Shown: positions 1-10,051 of the stretch, piece after piece
How the letters are laid out: every line of letters starts with the position of its first letter
Position numbering within the stretch: position 1 is the first letter of the stretch
From: Eukaryota sp. GEM-RC1
Lineage: Eukaryota
Length of the DNA stretch: 64,000 bases
Direction of reading: 5' to 3'
NCBI GenBank assembly: GCA_040285855.1
Contig: JAUFOQ010000004.1
Location: 2,604,001-2,668,000 of the forward strand
The notes under the pieces: generated by a model
What the model saw: the letters and a program-made list of their open reading frames with translations, nothing else
Database searches by the model: none
Told to the model about the DNA's origin: nothing
Made by a program: the position numbers and the translations under genes

Positions 1-79
1 CTATATGTTTCTGGTTTTGTTTTGAAACTATTCAACTCTTGAAACTGCTGAAAGGAAGAAATTAGATCGTTATGGTGAA

Positions 80-760
80 TTAACTCGACTTTAGACAACT
101 TTCATAAAAATCATGGTGAGAACTTTTTCTATTTAAAACTGTATTTTGTGTGTTATGTATTGTATTATTATTTTGTCCGTGTATTTTGCAACTATGTGTA
201 AAAGTGACAATGACTAAAATTATACGGATTTCACAACCAAACTAACCAGAACAAAACACAAACAATACCAAAACAAATACCAACAGCGACGATTTAGTTT
301 TCCCTCTGTTCTGAGCAGCTGCCATTCCAAAACACTTCCCCAACCATTTAGCAGGTGGAGATTCCTCAAAAACATCAAGAGGATTCATCATCAGACGAGT
401 TTGTGACAACAATAAATTCATCAAGAGCAACTGGTTCCAATTCATCTTCCAATCAAAACTCAGTTGTATATGGTATCATTATTATCATCAATAGTAGCTT
501 CATTCTCGAGAAGAAGTTCTTCAACACGAGAGCTCTGATCATTCCTCATTTCATATGTGAGTTCATTTCTCCATCCGTAGTTAATGAATGTGTTTCACGT
601 AATCAATTGTGGTGCCATTTTTCTAAAGCTGTGGTAAATTTTGTTACAGGAACTTATCCAGTGTTGTGTGTGAAAGACATTTTGGTCTTATTGACTCTTC
701 ATGGTCAAGATAAAACCAATTAGCGTCTATTATGTTTGAAAAGTACGGCCAACAGGTCGA
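80..760. repeat. Degenerate dispersed repeat, homologous to about 44700-45330 (probably a decayed transposon or retroelement segment)
   Basis: Collinear shared blocks at both loci, e.g. tcatggtgagaa, aatgactaaaattata, atcatcagacgagtttgtgacaacaat, tggtcaagataa. Confidence 0.6.
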
Positions 761-919
761 AATTTAGGAAATTGGTCAATACATCTTCATCAACAGATTC
801 CTGTAGCACCTTTTCATCCATAAAACTACAAAAAACTACCACATCGATTCAGTATAAAAAATACAAAAAATACAAAAAAATACAGTATTTGTATTTTCCA
901 AGTTTGCTTGGAATGCATG

Positions 920-1130
920 GGCTTTTCAGCAGAAGTTAACGGATTAAAAGAAGAATCTAATATCCTACTAACACAAGATTTGTTACAAACATCTACTGTA
1001 ATAAAATCCATTAATGACTGACTCGATTTAAGCCACTGAGTATGGAGATTCTGTTTTTTTATCAGTAAATTCATTTTGTCAAAGGTGATTCAAAACTGGT
1101 TCAACTTGATATGTAGATAACTAAGAGTCC
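920..1130 (-). mobile_element. Non-LTR retrotransposon fragment (RLE endonuclease region)
   Basis: Closely similar to 38360-38560; encodes LMDFITVD...LTSAEK, the RLE D..K region. Confidence 0.6.
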
Positions 1131-1169
1131 ATGGTAGGACTCCATTCAGTGTTCTTAATATTTGTTTTC

Positions 1170-2975
1170 CGAATATTGATTTTACAAACGCATTCAATTC
1201 TGGTTTAAGGTCTAGCGTTTTTGCTGATTTGAAATTTGAAATTCCGGACTTAATTCTTTACTTTTGCTTAATGTATGGCCAGAACTCTGATCTTATTTAT
1301 AATTCTGATAATCTGGTTTCTCAACGTGGAGTCAAACAAGGTGATCCTCTTGGTCCCTTTTTATTTTGTGTGGCTTTGCAGTCATTTTTTCGTAAGTTTC
1401 AAATGAAGTTCCGTTCTTTGAATTTGTGTGCTTATGCTGATGATGCTCCTGCAATTGGATTCATTGATGATATATTATCAGCTTTTACAGTTTTTATAGA
1501 GCTTTCTAATGAAATTGGTCTTCAGTAGAATTATGAAAAATGTTTTTCATCGGTTCTTCACCATTTGAGTTGATTTTTGAAGGGCATTCTATTCCTTTTT
1601 CCAATTATAAGTACAATGCCGTACCGTATTTCATGGTAGTGTACGCCACGCTATTTTTATACATCACTGACATAAACAGTTTATTGAGGGAGGGTACAAA
1701 TATACATATCATAATAACAGCTATGAAACACTAGACACCGAAAATTCCAGGTCAACAGTGCCACAGTTTATATACCTTTGTGAAAATTGATTTAAAAATC
1801 TTACATATAAACAAAAAAAAAGATCGTTATCCTGTGTTATGGAAAACGAAAGATTTTTTACTTCACTCACCTTGTGCATGGTTAATTTGCCTTCAAAATT
1901 TAATTGATAGTCTTGACTCCAATTTGGGGTCAGGTTTATTTCCTGTTGGGGTAACAGAAATTCAACAGAGAAGCATTGTCATTTGCCTTTGTGTGTTCGC
2001 AAGTTACAGAAGAAGTTTGTTTTGTTTCACGAAAGCTTGGACTTTAAAAACCGTATCAGCTTGGTTAAGACTAAGAGTCTCGCTTTTTGTGCTTTTTTGA
2101 ACATATTTCTTCAAGCCCTGCGTCTTCATTTGTTTCTCGTTTGCCAAGAAAATTTTGTTTTAATCTTAAGGATCATGAATGGCTTATAAACATGAGACTT
2201 AGGTTAGGTTTATGGCCTTCAGGTCTTTTGAAGCATTCTCCATGGCTTTGTGGTCGTTCAAAGGCTTCAAATTTTTATCATTTAGTTAACTGTCATGAAT
2301 TTATTCATTTTAGATCAATTATTCACAACAGTATCCGGGATACATGTTTGGATATGTTTAAAGCTAATGGTTTTCATGGAAAAATTGAACCTTTACTTGC
2401 TAATCTTTCTGATCAACCAAAAGTTGATAGAAGTCGTGGTGATTTGATTGGTTGTTGGTTATCTTGTCAGGAAATTATTATGGATTTCACGACTGTTGAT
2501 CCTTCTTGAATTATCTCTTTTTATGGAACAAAAACACTAAGATAAACACAAATACTACTAGTAGAACTCAATTCCTTGTATTTCAAGATCAATTTCCAAA
2601 ATTTTTGATGATGATTTTTCTGCTCTTGAAGTGGCTGAAAAGGAAAAATACAAAGTACTGTCACTTAATTAACCAATTGAATGTTGACAGATACAATTCT
2701 TTTGTGTTTCAACCTTTTGCGATGTCGATATACGGTAATATTGGGCCAGCTGCACAAGGTTTTTCAACTTCCTTTGGTAAATTGTGTTCTGAGTACGGTA
2801 AAGTTTTCAATGAAAATTTTTGGTTGAGTAGGTTAACGTTTGCGTTGTTTCGTTCAATGCACAGATATTTTAATTCAAATTTAGGTAAGTTGTGCGGTGA
2901 TGGACAGAAGGATCATAGTTTAGATACTTTAGTTAGTGTCTGTTAGTTATTAACTTCTGCAAATGCATTTATTTC
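1170..2975 (+). mobile_element. Decayed RLE-type (CRE-like) non-LTR retrotransposon: RT plus restriction-like endonuclease, with internal deletions and insertions
   Basis: RT motifs DFTNAFNS, GVKQGDPLGPFLF and YADD; Cys/His finger followed by HNSIRD, IEP, RGDL..DFTTVDP and FQPFAMSIYG; its 3' end matches 44031-44240. Confidence 0.85.
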
Positions 2976-3010
2976 ACCCGTTTTTTTACATATAAATTGA
3001 CATGTATTAA

Positions 3011-6000
3011 CACTATTCATCATTTCCAATCGGGTCTGGAAAAGAATTACCCTTAAGAGTCTCACTGAGACTCGGAAACACGTGTCATCTCAGTTTCAAA
3101 CTGAAGCACTTGCTAAACCAACAAATTTTTCGGACAAATCCTTTGGATAAAGAAGACAAAATAATCTTTATCAGTCTCAAATTTATCTATGCTAATTTCA
3201 CTTCAACTGTTATTTTTAGTAAAAGAACATAAACAATACATTTGAAAATGTCGAAATAATTGTTTGTGCTTCAGAAGAAGCCATGATTGGGGAACTTATC
3301 CAAGTTTTATGCCAAACAAAACCCAGATTGTTGATTGGTTATAACACTGATGAACTGTTGTTTCCTTTTTGATTAAACGGTGTGAAATGTTGAAGATTCA
3401 GACCAATTTTCATTTAGATAATCCATACAGACCCTACGTACCCAACTGGTTTCATAGATGGTGTAAGCTTTGCAATTTTGGACCTTTTGTTTCTCTGGAC
3501 TTGGCAAATGTTACAAAGTCTACTTATGTGTTCAAAGGTGGTAGAAGTTTGGAAAATGTTTGTTCAAAATTGTTTCGTAGACATGTACCCAATTTAATTT
3601 TGTCGTCATTAGAATTAACTACGTACTTCACAGAATTTCGAAAAGTACCAGGCATAACCGTTAACAAGGAAATAGAGAAAGAGTTTAATTTACTCGCACA
3701 CAACAAGCAAACCTTCAAATTGTGGACTGATAACGTAACAGTAATTACTCTGGTTGAAGATTTACTTCAACGAATTGACTGTTTAACTGAATTACATGAA
3801 TATTTCTTTGATGAAGAAACTCAACATGTTCTAGAGCGCCATCCAATTAAAGTGGTGAAAAAGGGACTGGAGAAAGTTATTAAAGATCAGGATAATATTG
3901 TCTTAATTAAAGACTGTGTTATCCGCAATCAAAGATCAACAGTAAGGGGTTCTAATTTTTGAAACATCTCCTTATTTGTGAGTTTGAAACACGTGGATGT
4001 GAATTAAATTTGATGAATCGTCATTATTTTCGTCCATATCTCTTAGAATCTTCTGTTTCGGAATCAAAAGAACGAGATTTAATATATGAACATGATTTTT
4101 TTGAGAAACGACTTCGTGAAATGGAGTTAATGTGCGAACATGATTTTTTTGAGAAACGACTTCGTGAAATGGAGTTAATGAATGAACATGATTTTGATTC
4201 GTATCCATCAGAACTTTCTGATTTGTTGGCATTAAATGAACGTAAATTAATGAAGAGTCATGATACAATGCCTGATTCTGATGATGCATCTGTTTTCCCC
4301 TACACTAAGTTTTCAGTAGTCTTACCAGATTTGAAAAAACTGCTTAAACACGATTCTATTAGACAAGTATTGAGACGGATGTATGTGAAGAAATCAACTG
4401 GTTCTTCAATTACAGAGTCAGAACTAGAAATGTCAAGAGCAGAGGCTCAAAAAGTGATTGACGATTTCCAAAAATCTTCAAGACTAGAAATGAACGAAAA
4501 AGAAAAAATTGCATTTCACTACTTGTACAACTTTTCTCCACTGCTACAGCAGTTATCTACTGAAATTGGATCCAATCAAATATCTTTTCCTGACTCAACG
4601 TCAATGTCTTCCATATTTCATTACACTGCCAAACAAATTTCTACAAACTATGCCAACAATATGGTCAAAAATTTTCATGATTATGTATTCAGATTCTTTA
4701 ATCTGGTAACAAGAAAGAAGGTCAGACTTGAACAAATCAATGATCAAGTTAGTAAGAAAAAATTGATTTCGAAATTGAATTCAGTCAGAGATTTGATTAT
4801 CAATGGAAATTTTGATGACATTCCAATTGAAGATCACGAGATTTTCCCTAATCAACGTGAAGAACTAACGTTGAGGTTTTTTGCGTATTTAAAATTTTCT
4901 TTGTTTCCAATGTTTTCAAAAAGAACATTTACTATTTACAGAAAGCAAAGCCGACAGATTTAATTTCTCATGCTCTGTACATCAACCGAACAATACAATC
5001 TTTGTGTTTGGTTGATGGAAAACCAATCAGTGTAAACAACCCTTTTCCAATGACGAAGACATTGATTCCTCAGCATATTCGTTTGGACACAGGTTGGATG
5101 AATGATAGATTTGTTCATATACGTGGCAAAAATGCAGATGAAATAAGAAAAAAGGTCTTTGATCAGGTCCTTACTGACAAAGCTGTGGCACCAACAAAAT
5201 CATTTGTCTTTAGATATTCTTCAATTCTGACTGATGGAATTTCTTGTTGTTTGGTTTTAATGAGGAAAGATTTAGTTGATGAAGATGGAAATACTTTCAA
5301 AGATTTTACTGCTAAATCTCTCGGAACTTCGGAAAGATACATTCACTCTTTATCAAATGAGAATATTCACGAATTACAATTGAAAGAAAAAAAGAATTGT
5401 CGGTGTCGATCCCAATGAATATGATTTAATGTATTGTGTTTCAGAAAAGACAGTCGATGAGCTTAAAGAAGAAGATATTTCTGAAAATAATCCACTCAAA
5501 AAACGATTACCCTCAGAAATCAGAAGTAAGAAAAGAGGAGGAATTAAGAAAAGAAAGAAACAGTTACAAGATTGGAAAAATTCGAATAATGATGTAAAAT
5601 CAAAGAAAAAGGCTAAGCACAAATGGAAGAAGTTTAATTACACAGCGGGAGAAAGAGCTTATGATAGGAAATCTAAAAAATATCGTAAATCTGAAAATAG
5701 AAAACTGAAAGAATTTTCTATCGAATCACCAGATGAAACTGTCACAGAAAGGCAACGCAGAGCTTTTTCTGTTGATTCACAAGAGCAAACTCTTACTGAT
5801 GAACTTCCAGATTTTCCTTCAGAATTGCCAGATGAAACTCAACTTCAAGATTTTTTGGTTCCCAATCCTAACGAGATACTTGTAACAGGAAGAGATGTCG
5901 TTAACCAATTCTCCAGTGCTGTATCCGATGGGGAAAGAAAGTCGTGTTTCAGCGACACATTTGAAACATATATTAAAGAAGCTGAAAGATATAGTGTATA

Positions 6001-6909
6001 TTTGAGTTCTTTTTACGAAGATGACTGGTTTAGAAAAAGGAAATTCCAGATTTATTCAAATAACCAACAATCGGAGAAAAACATGCTGGAACGCTTCAAT
6101 TTAACATATGGACCTCCAGAAGACGTTGTCATTGGCTATGGGGATTGGAGCTCAAAAGGTAAAACAAGAAAGGGCAAAACCTCTACTGTTAGAGGAGTAG
6201 AAATCCGTAAAATGTTAAGAAGATATGGATACCAAATATTTCTTGTTGATGAATACAGAACAAGCAAGTGTTGTTCCAAATGTGCTAAGGAAAAATCAAC
6301 TTTCGTAGAGTGTGAAAATGTTTCAGAACTAAAGGTTCTTGGTCCCAAAGGTAAGAGACAGCTAAGAAGGAAGAAGAGAAAGTTAAGAAGAGAAATTTTG
6401 CTCAAAAACAAACAAGATCCTCTAAACCAACGGGATTTTTGGAAGCAGAGTGGGAGGTGAAGCAGAAGTCATTGGAAGAAGAAGCTAAATCCACACCCTG
6501 GGGACTGGTAAAGTGCTCAGATACTGAGTGTGGTACTTATTGGAATAGAGACCTAAATTCTGCCATTAATATCTATTCCATCATTGAAGCAACGATCAAT
6601 GGTCAAGGTAGGCCATCCGCTCTCGAGAGATCTAAAACTCAAACAACAGATCTCGAGAGTGGTAAGGATACTTTGGCGAGAGACCAGAAGAAGAAGAAGA
6701 CTGCGACCAAGAAGGAGAAAACTTCAACAGGAAAGAAGAAGACTGTGACCGGAAAGAACAAAACTTCAACAGGAAAGAAGAAAACATGTGGAAATTGTGG
6801 CCAAGAAGGTCATAACAAAAGGTCATGCAAGAATCCATCAAAAGAAATGAGTTCGCCTAAAAGAAGAAGCGTAATGTCAGTCCAGCAGACGAAGGTCTCT
6901 CGTAAATAA
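3011..6909 (+). CDS. Fanzor1-type RNA-guided endonuclease with an N-terminal PolB 3'-5' exonuclease-like domain and a C-terminal CCHC knuckle (six homopolymer frameshifts; start codon not identified)
   Basis: Fanzor1-like motifs YANNMVKNFHDYVFRF, FPMTKTLIPQHIRLDT, ILTDGISC; RuvC-I IVGVDPN (5396), IGYGDWS, RuvC-II LVDEYRTSKCCSKC, RuvC-III KCSDTECGTYWNRDLNSAINI; frameshifts near 3222, 3368, 3958, 4915, 5390 and 6438. Confidence 0.85.
4088..4197 (+). repeat. In-frame 48-bp tandem repeat (about 2.3 units, EHDFFEKRLREMELMx)
   Basis: gaacatgatttttttgagaaacgacttcgtgaaatggagttaatg at 4088 and 4136, partial at 4184. Confidence 0.95.
6691..6790 (+). repeat. 42-bp repeat (21-bp subunit) encoding a Lys/Thr-rich KKKTxTG linker
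   Basis: aagaagaagactg..acc...aaaacttcaacagga occurs twice, followed by a partial unit. Confidence 0.85.
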
Positions 6910-7000
6910 CTTTAGTGTACTTTTAACGGTACACAGCGAAGTGGGCTTAGCTCACTGAGTGTCTGTGGTTTCGATACTCTAATCAAAATGAAAATTAACA
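6885..7000 (+). ncRNA. Candidate Fanzor omegaRNA (scaffold plus guide; ends uncertain)
   Basis: Three closely spaced hairpins right after the stop codon: gtgtac/gtacac (6915-6934), agtgggc/gctcact (6940-6956), gagtgtc/gatactc (6957-6979); this is where Fanzor/TnpB omegaRNAs lie. Confidence 0.6.
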
Positions 7001-7070
7001 AAGTTGTGTACTTTGGAAATACTAGTATCCATTTGAGTTGAGAACCACAGTAAACCAACAAATTTTTCAA

Positions 7071-7925
7071 TAAAATTTGCTATTCCTGTACTTTTCTTTT
7101 TGTAAATTTATGTCCAATGACTTCTGTGAAAACTACATGTACTTAAAACTAATACTATCAGATACATATTCCTTTCCAGTCAATGCTGCTTTTCAAAGAG
7201 CTCTATCCGCTTCTCTGGATGGACATCTATCCCTCTGATGAGCTCTGTCACCACATTTTCCACATGGTTGAAGACACTTACTCTTGTAATGTCCTGGTTG
7301 TCGGCAATTGCCACATCGTCTGATAATCTCTCTTCTTCAGCTGGCTGCTGGCTGGATGGAACATGATCTTCTTCTTGATTTGGGTTTGGTAGTACAGATC
7401 CTAAAGAAACAGGAGATCTTGATGTCTCAATAATCAAGGGAATGGCTTCTTTAAGCCTTCTTTGGATTAATTTGCTATGAGCCTGAGTCCTAGCATCTAA
7501 GAACTCAAGAGCTTGCGAAATTCCTTCTCTACCATTAGAAACTCCTCTTGTGCTCTCTAACTTGATCACTAACAATCGTATCTGCTCAAAGATCAGAAGT
7601 TTCTGGACAGCAATGAAACTGTCATATGTATTCAGTAGATTTTCAAATAAATCAATATTGACAACACTTTCGTCTCCAGGCATTACTAACCAGTGTGGAT
7701 GAAAATCAGCAACTTCCAGCACAAAATCGTACAACATCAATTCTTTTAATTGATGGAGACAAGGTAAACCTTCAGACAGTCGTTCAATGTGATGGCATTG
7801 TTGATTAAGTGGTGTCCTAAGACACTCTTGGTAAGTAACAGAAGATTATAAGGAGGATCTGTTGTGTGAACTTCAGAACTGAGGGAATCAGGAAGATTCA
7901 TCAGGTACAAGAATAGCAAATTTTA
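7071..7925. repeat. Segment bounded by a 21-bp inverted repeat (7071-7091 and 7905-7925), with a third partial copy at 7928-7943
   Basis: taaaatttgctattcctgtac versus the reverse complement of gtacaagaatagcaaatttta (20/21 match). Confidence 0.8.
7180..7845 (-). CDS. Hypothetical protein or gene fragment
   Basis: 186-aa ORF whose frame stays open upstream to about 7845; no recognisable motif. Confidence 0.4.
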   Translation of the reverse strand, partial: SSVTYQECLRTPLNQQCHHIERLSEGLPCLHQLKELMLYDFVLEVADFHPHWLVMPGDESVVNIDLFENLLNTYDSFIAVQKLLIFEQIRLLVIKLESTRGVSNGREGISQALEFLDARTQAHSKLIQRRLKEAIPLIIETSRSPVSLGSVLPNPNQEEDHVPSSQQPAEEERLSDDVAIADNQDITRVSVFNHVENVVTELIRGIDVHPEKRIELFEKQH

Positions 7926-7946
7926 CGGTACAGGAATAGCAAAAAC

Positions 7947-9111
7947 TAGGGCTGTCAATTTCTCCCATTTCTCCCAACTCCCACCCAACTCCCATCTCCC
8001 ATGACCCTTGGGAGTGGGAGTGGGAGCTTCAGTAGCAATTTTTGGGAGTGGGAGTGGGAGTGGGAGCTCTCCGTTGGGAGGTGGGAACTCCCAAAATCTC
8101 ACATCTCCCATTTACAGACACAACTCTAACTTCAATTTAAAACAGAAACAAGCTAGCTAGACAAATACAGTTATAATTTTTCTAGAATATTAATAGGACT
8201 AGGTGTATTACATTTTTACTGTCTTTGTTTTGTTTTATTTATTTTCGTTTTATAAAGAGCGTGGTTGTTTATCTGTAAATTTCAACCAATGTCATCGCTT
8301 GATTTATCTGAAGATCCTGAAAACTCTGGTCTGTTTAAACATCCTGATTTTATTAAATTTGTTTCCTCTCTTTCAGTTTCAAAATTCCAAAAAGAACCAC
8401 GATAAGAAATGATATGTTGAATGTTTATGAGTCATTTAAAGGATACTTGATAGATAAATTCAAAAATGTGTGTAATTCTTCTAAAGTATCTATTAGGATT
8501 GATAGATGGACATCGAATACAAACAAGCATTTTAATGGGGTAACAGTTCACTGTATTGAAGACTGGAATTTAAACATTTACAATGTACGTCCACGGTTTT
8601 AAGCACCTGAAAGAAAACCACACTGCCATCAACATTGCCGATGCTGTGGAAGAAATTATTACTGAATTTGGTTTAAAATACAAAATGTGTTGTGTTTCAA
8701 CAGGTATTCACGACTATCCGCATACATTGTATGCTAAGAACTTTATGACAACACAAGCCTCATCAGTTCCAAGTGAACAGTTATTTTCTCAGGCAGGGTG
8801 TGTTGTTACGAAGTTACGAGCTTCCTTGAGTAGTGATTCTATTGAAGTAGTCCTTTGTTTGAAATCATGGTTCAAAGGTCGGGAGATGAGAGAGTTGTTC
8901 ATGAATCAGAGATAGAGTTAGTGATTGTTATGTTTATAAAGTAAAGTGTCATTGTACTAGAAGATACAAAAATGGGAGTTGGGTGGGAGTTGGGAGAATT
9001 TGTTGGGAGTGGGAGTGGGAGTCTCACCTATGACAAGTGGGAGGTGGGAGTGGTAGTGGGAGAACACGTGTTGGGAGTGGGAGAAACTCCCATCTCCCAT
9101 TAACAGCCCTA
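7947..9111 (+). mobile_element. Internally deleted hAT DNA transposon (1165 bp)
   Basis: TIRs tagggctgtcaat / attaacagcccta; perfect 8-bp TSD GCAAAAAC (7939-7946, 9112-9119); GGGAG(T) subterminal repeats; transposase remnants IDRWTS..VTVH and ASSVPSEQLFSQAG..RASL. Confidence 0.95.
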
Positions 9112-9140
9112 GCAAAAACCCAAATTTTCCTCTCCCTCAC

Positions 9141-9560
9141 ATGACTATCCAAGAAACTCTTGCTCTATTCAAACCCGATCTTGTTGCTTCCGGTAAACAG
9201 GATGAGGTCCTCGAAATCATCAAGAAAAACGGTCTTGAAGTTCTGCGCAAGGAGGAGATTAATCTCGAAAAGGCCCGTGCTGAACTTTTCTACGAAGAAC
9301 ACAAGGAAAGACCCTTCTTCAATGACCTCGTTCAGTTCATGACTTCCGGTCCCATCGTCGCCCTCAAATTGCGTGGTGAAGAAGCCATTCCTAAGTGGAG
9401 ATCAATCATGGGTCCCACCAATTATGAAAAGGCTAAATCCGAAGCTCCTGAATCCATCCGTGCTTTGTATGCCAATTCAACACAAGAAAATGCTGTTCAT
9501 GGATCTGACAGCCCACAGTCTGCTGAAAGGGAATTAAAGATCTTCTTCCCTGAACAATAA
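9141..9560 (+). CDS. ndk: Nucleoside diphosphate kinase
   Basis: TLALFKPD, FYEEHKERPFF, MTSGP, GPTN, catalytic NAVHGSDS. Confidence 0.97.
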   Translation: MTIQETLALFKPDLVASGKQDEVLEIIKKNGLEVLRKEEINLEKARAELFYEEHKERPFFNDLVQFMTSGPIVALKLRGEEAIPKWRSIMGPTNYEKAKSEAPESIRALYANSTQENAVHGSDSPQSAERELKIFFPEQ

Positions 9561-9614
9561 ATATTTATTGACTGCTTTTGTTTTGTTAAGCTGTTGTTTC
9601 ACACATCTTCATCA

Positions 9615-10007
9615 CTAGAATAATCTATAAGACTTGGCTTTTTTTGTTGGTGGTGATTCTATATCAATCAGCTCTGACAATCCTGGCAATTTACTAGTAG
9701 TCTTTGTAGTAGAGATGTCTTTGTGTTCAGTTGGCCTATGTGATTTAGGCTTTACAATATCAAGGCTTTCATCAGCTACAGCTTGTAAATATTGTTGTCT
9801 CTGTTTCAGCTCCTCTGCTAGATAAAAGTCAATGTCTGAAGTAGATAGTTTTCCTCTCACTGATTGCTTCAATGCATATTTCTCAAGAAATTCTTGTTCT
9901 TGCTGATTCTCATTCTCAAGAACCTGTTCTGCCAATGATTTCCTAGGAGCTTCGGTAGGTAGAGGTTCTTCGTGGGAACTGTGATCATCTTCAGCCACGA
10001 ATTCCAT
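9615..10007 (-). CDS. FAM192A/Fyv6 (NIP30)-like nuclear protein
   Basis: RKSLAEQV.EN..Q.EQEF.EK..LKQSVRG.L...D.DF resembles the FAM192A N-terminal motif; basic C-terminus. Confidence 0.55.
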   Translation of the reverse strand: MEFVAEDDHSSHEEPLPTEAPRKSLAEQVLENENQQEQEFLEKYALKQSVRGKLSTSDIDFYLAEELKQRQQYLQAVADESLDIVKPKSHRPTEHKDISTTKTTSKLPGLSELIDIESPPTKKAKSYRLF

Positions 10008-10051
10008 TCAAGACTCTTTAGTTGAATCAAGAGAAATAGATTTTCTCCTTA

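Noticed and set aside
3011..3840. Functional DNA polymerase or Polinton/virus insertion
   Set aside because: Only a degenerate exonuclease-like domain is present; no polymerase palm motifs, capsid, ATPase or integrase nearby
4088..4197. CRISPR-like array inside an RNA-guided nuclease locus
   Set aside because: Units are contiguous in-frame coding repeats with no unique spacers
7960..8110. Telomere-like GGGAGT repeats
   Set aside because: Irregular, present in both orientations and confined to the hAT subterminal regions
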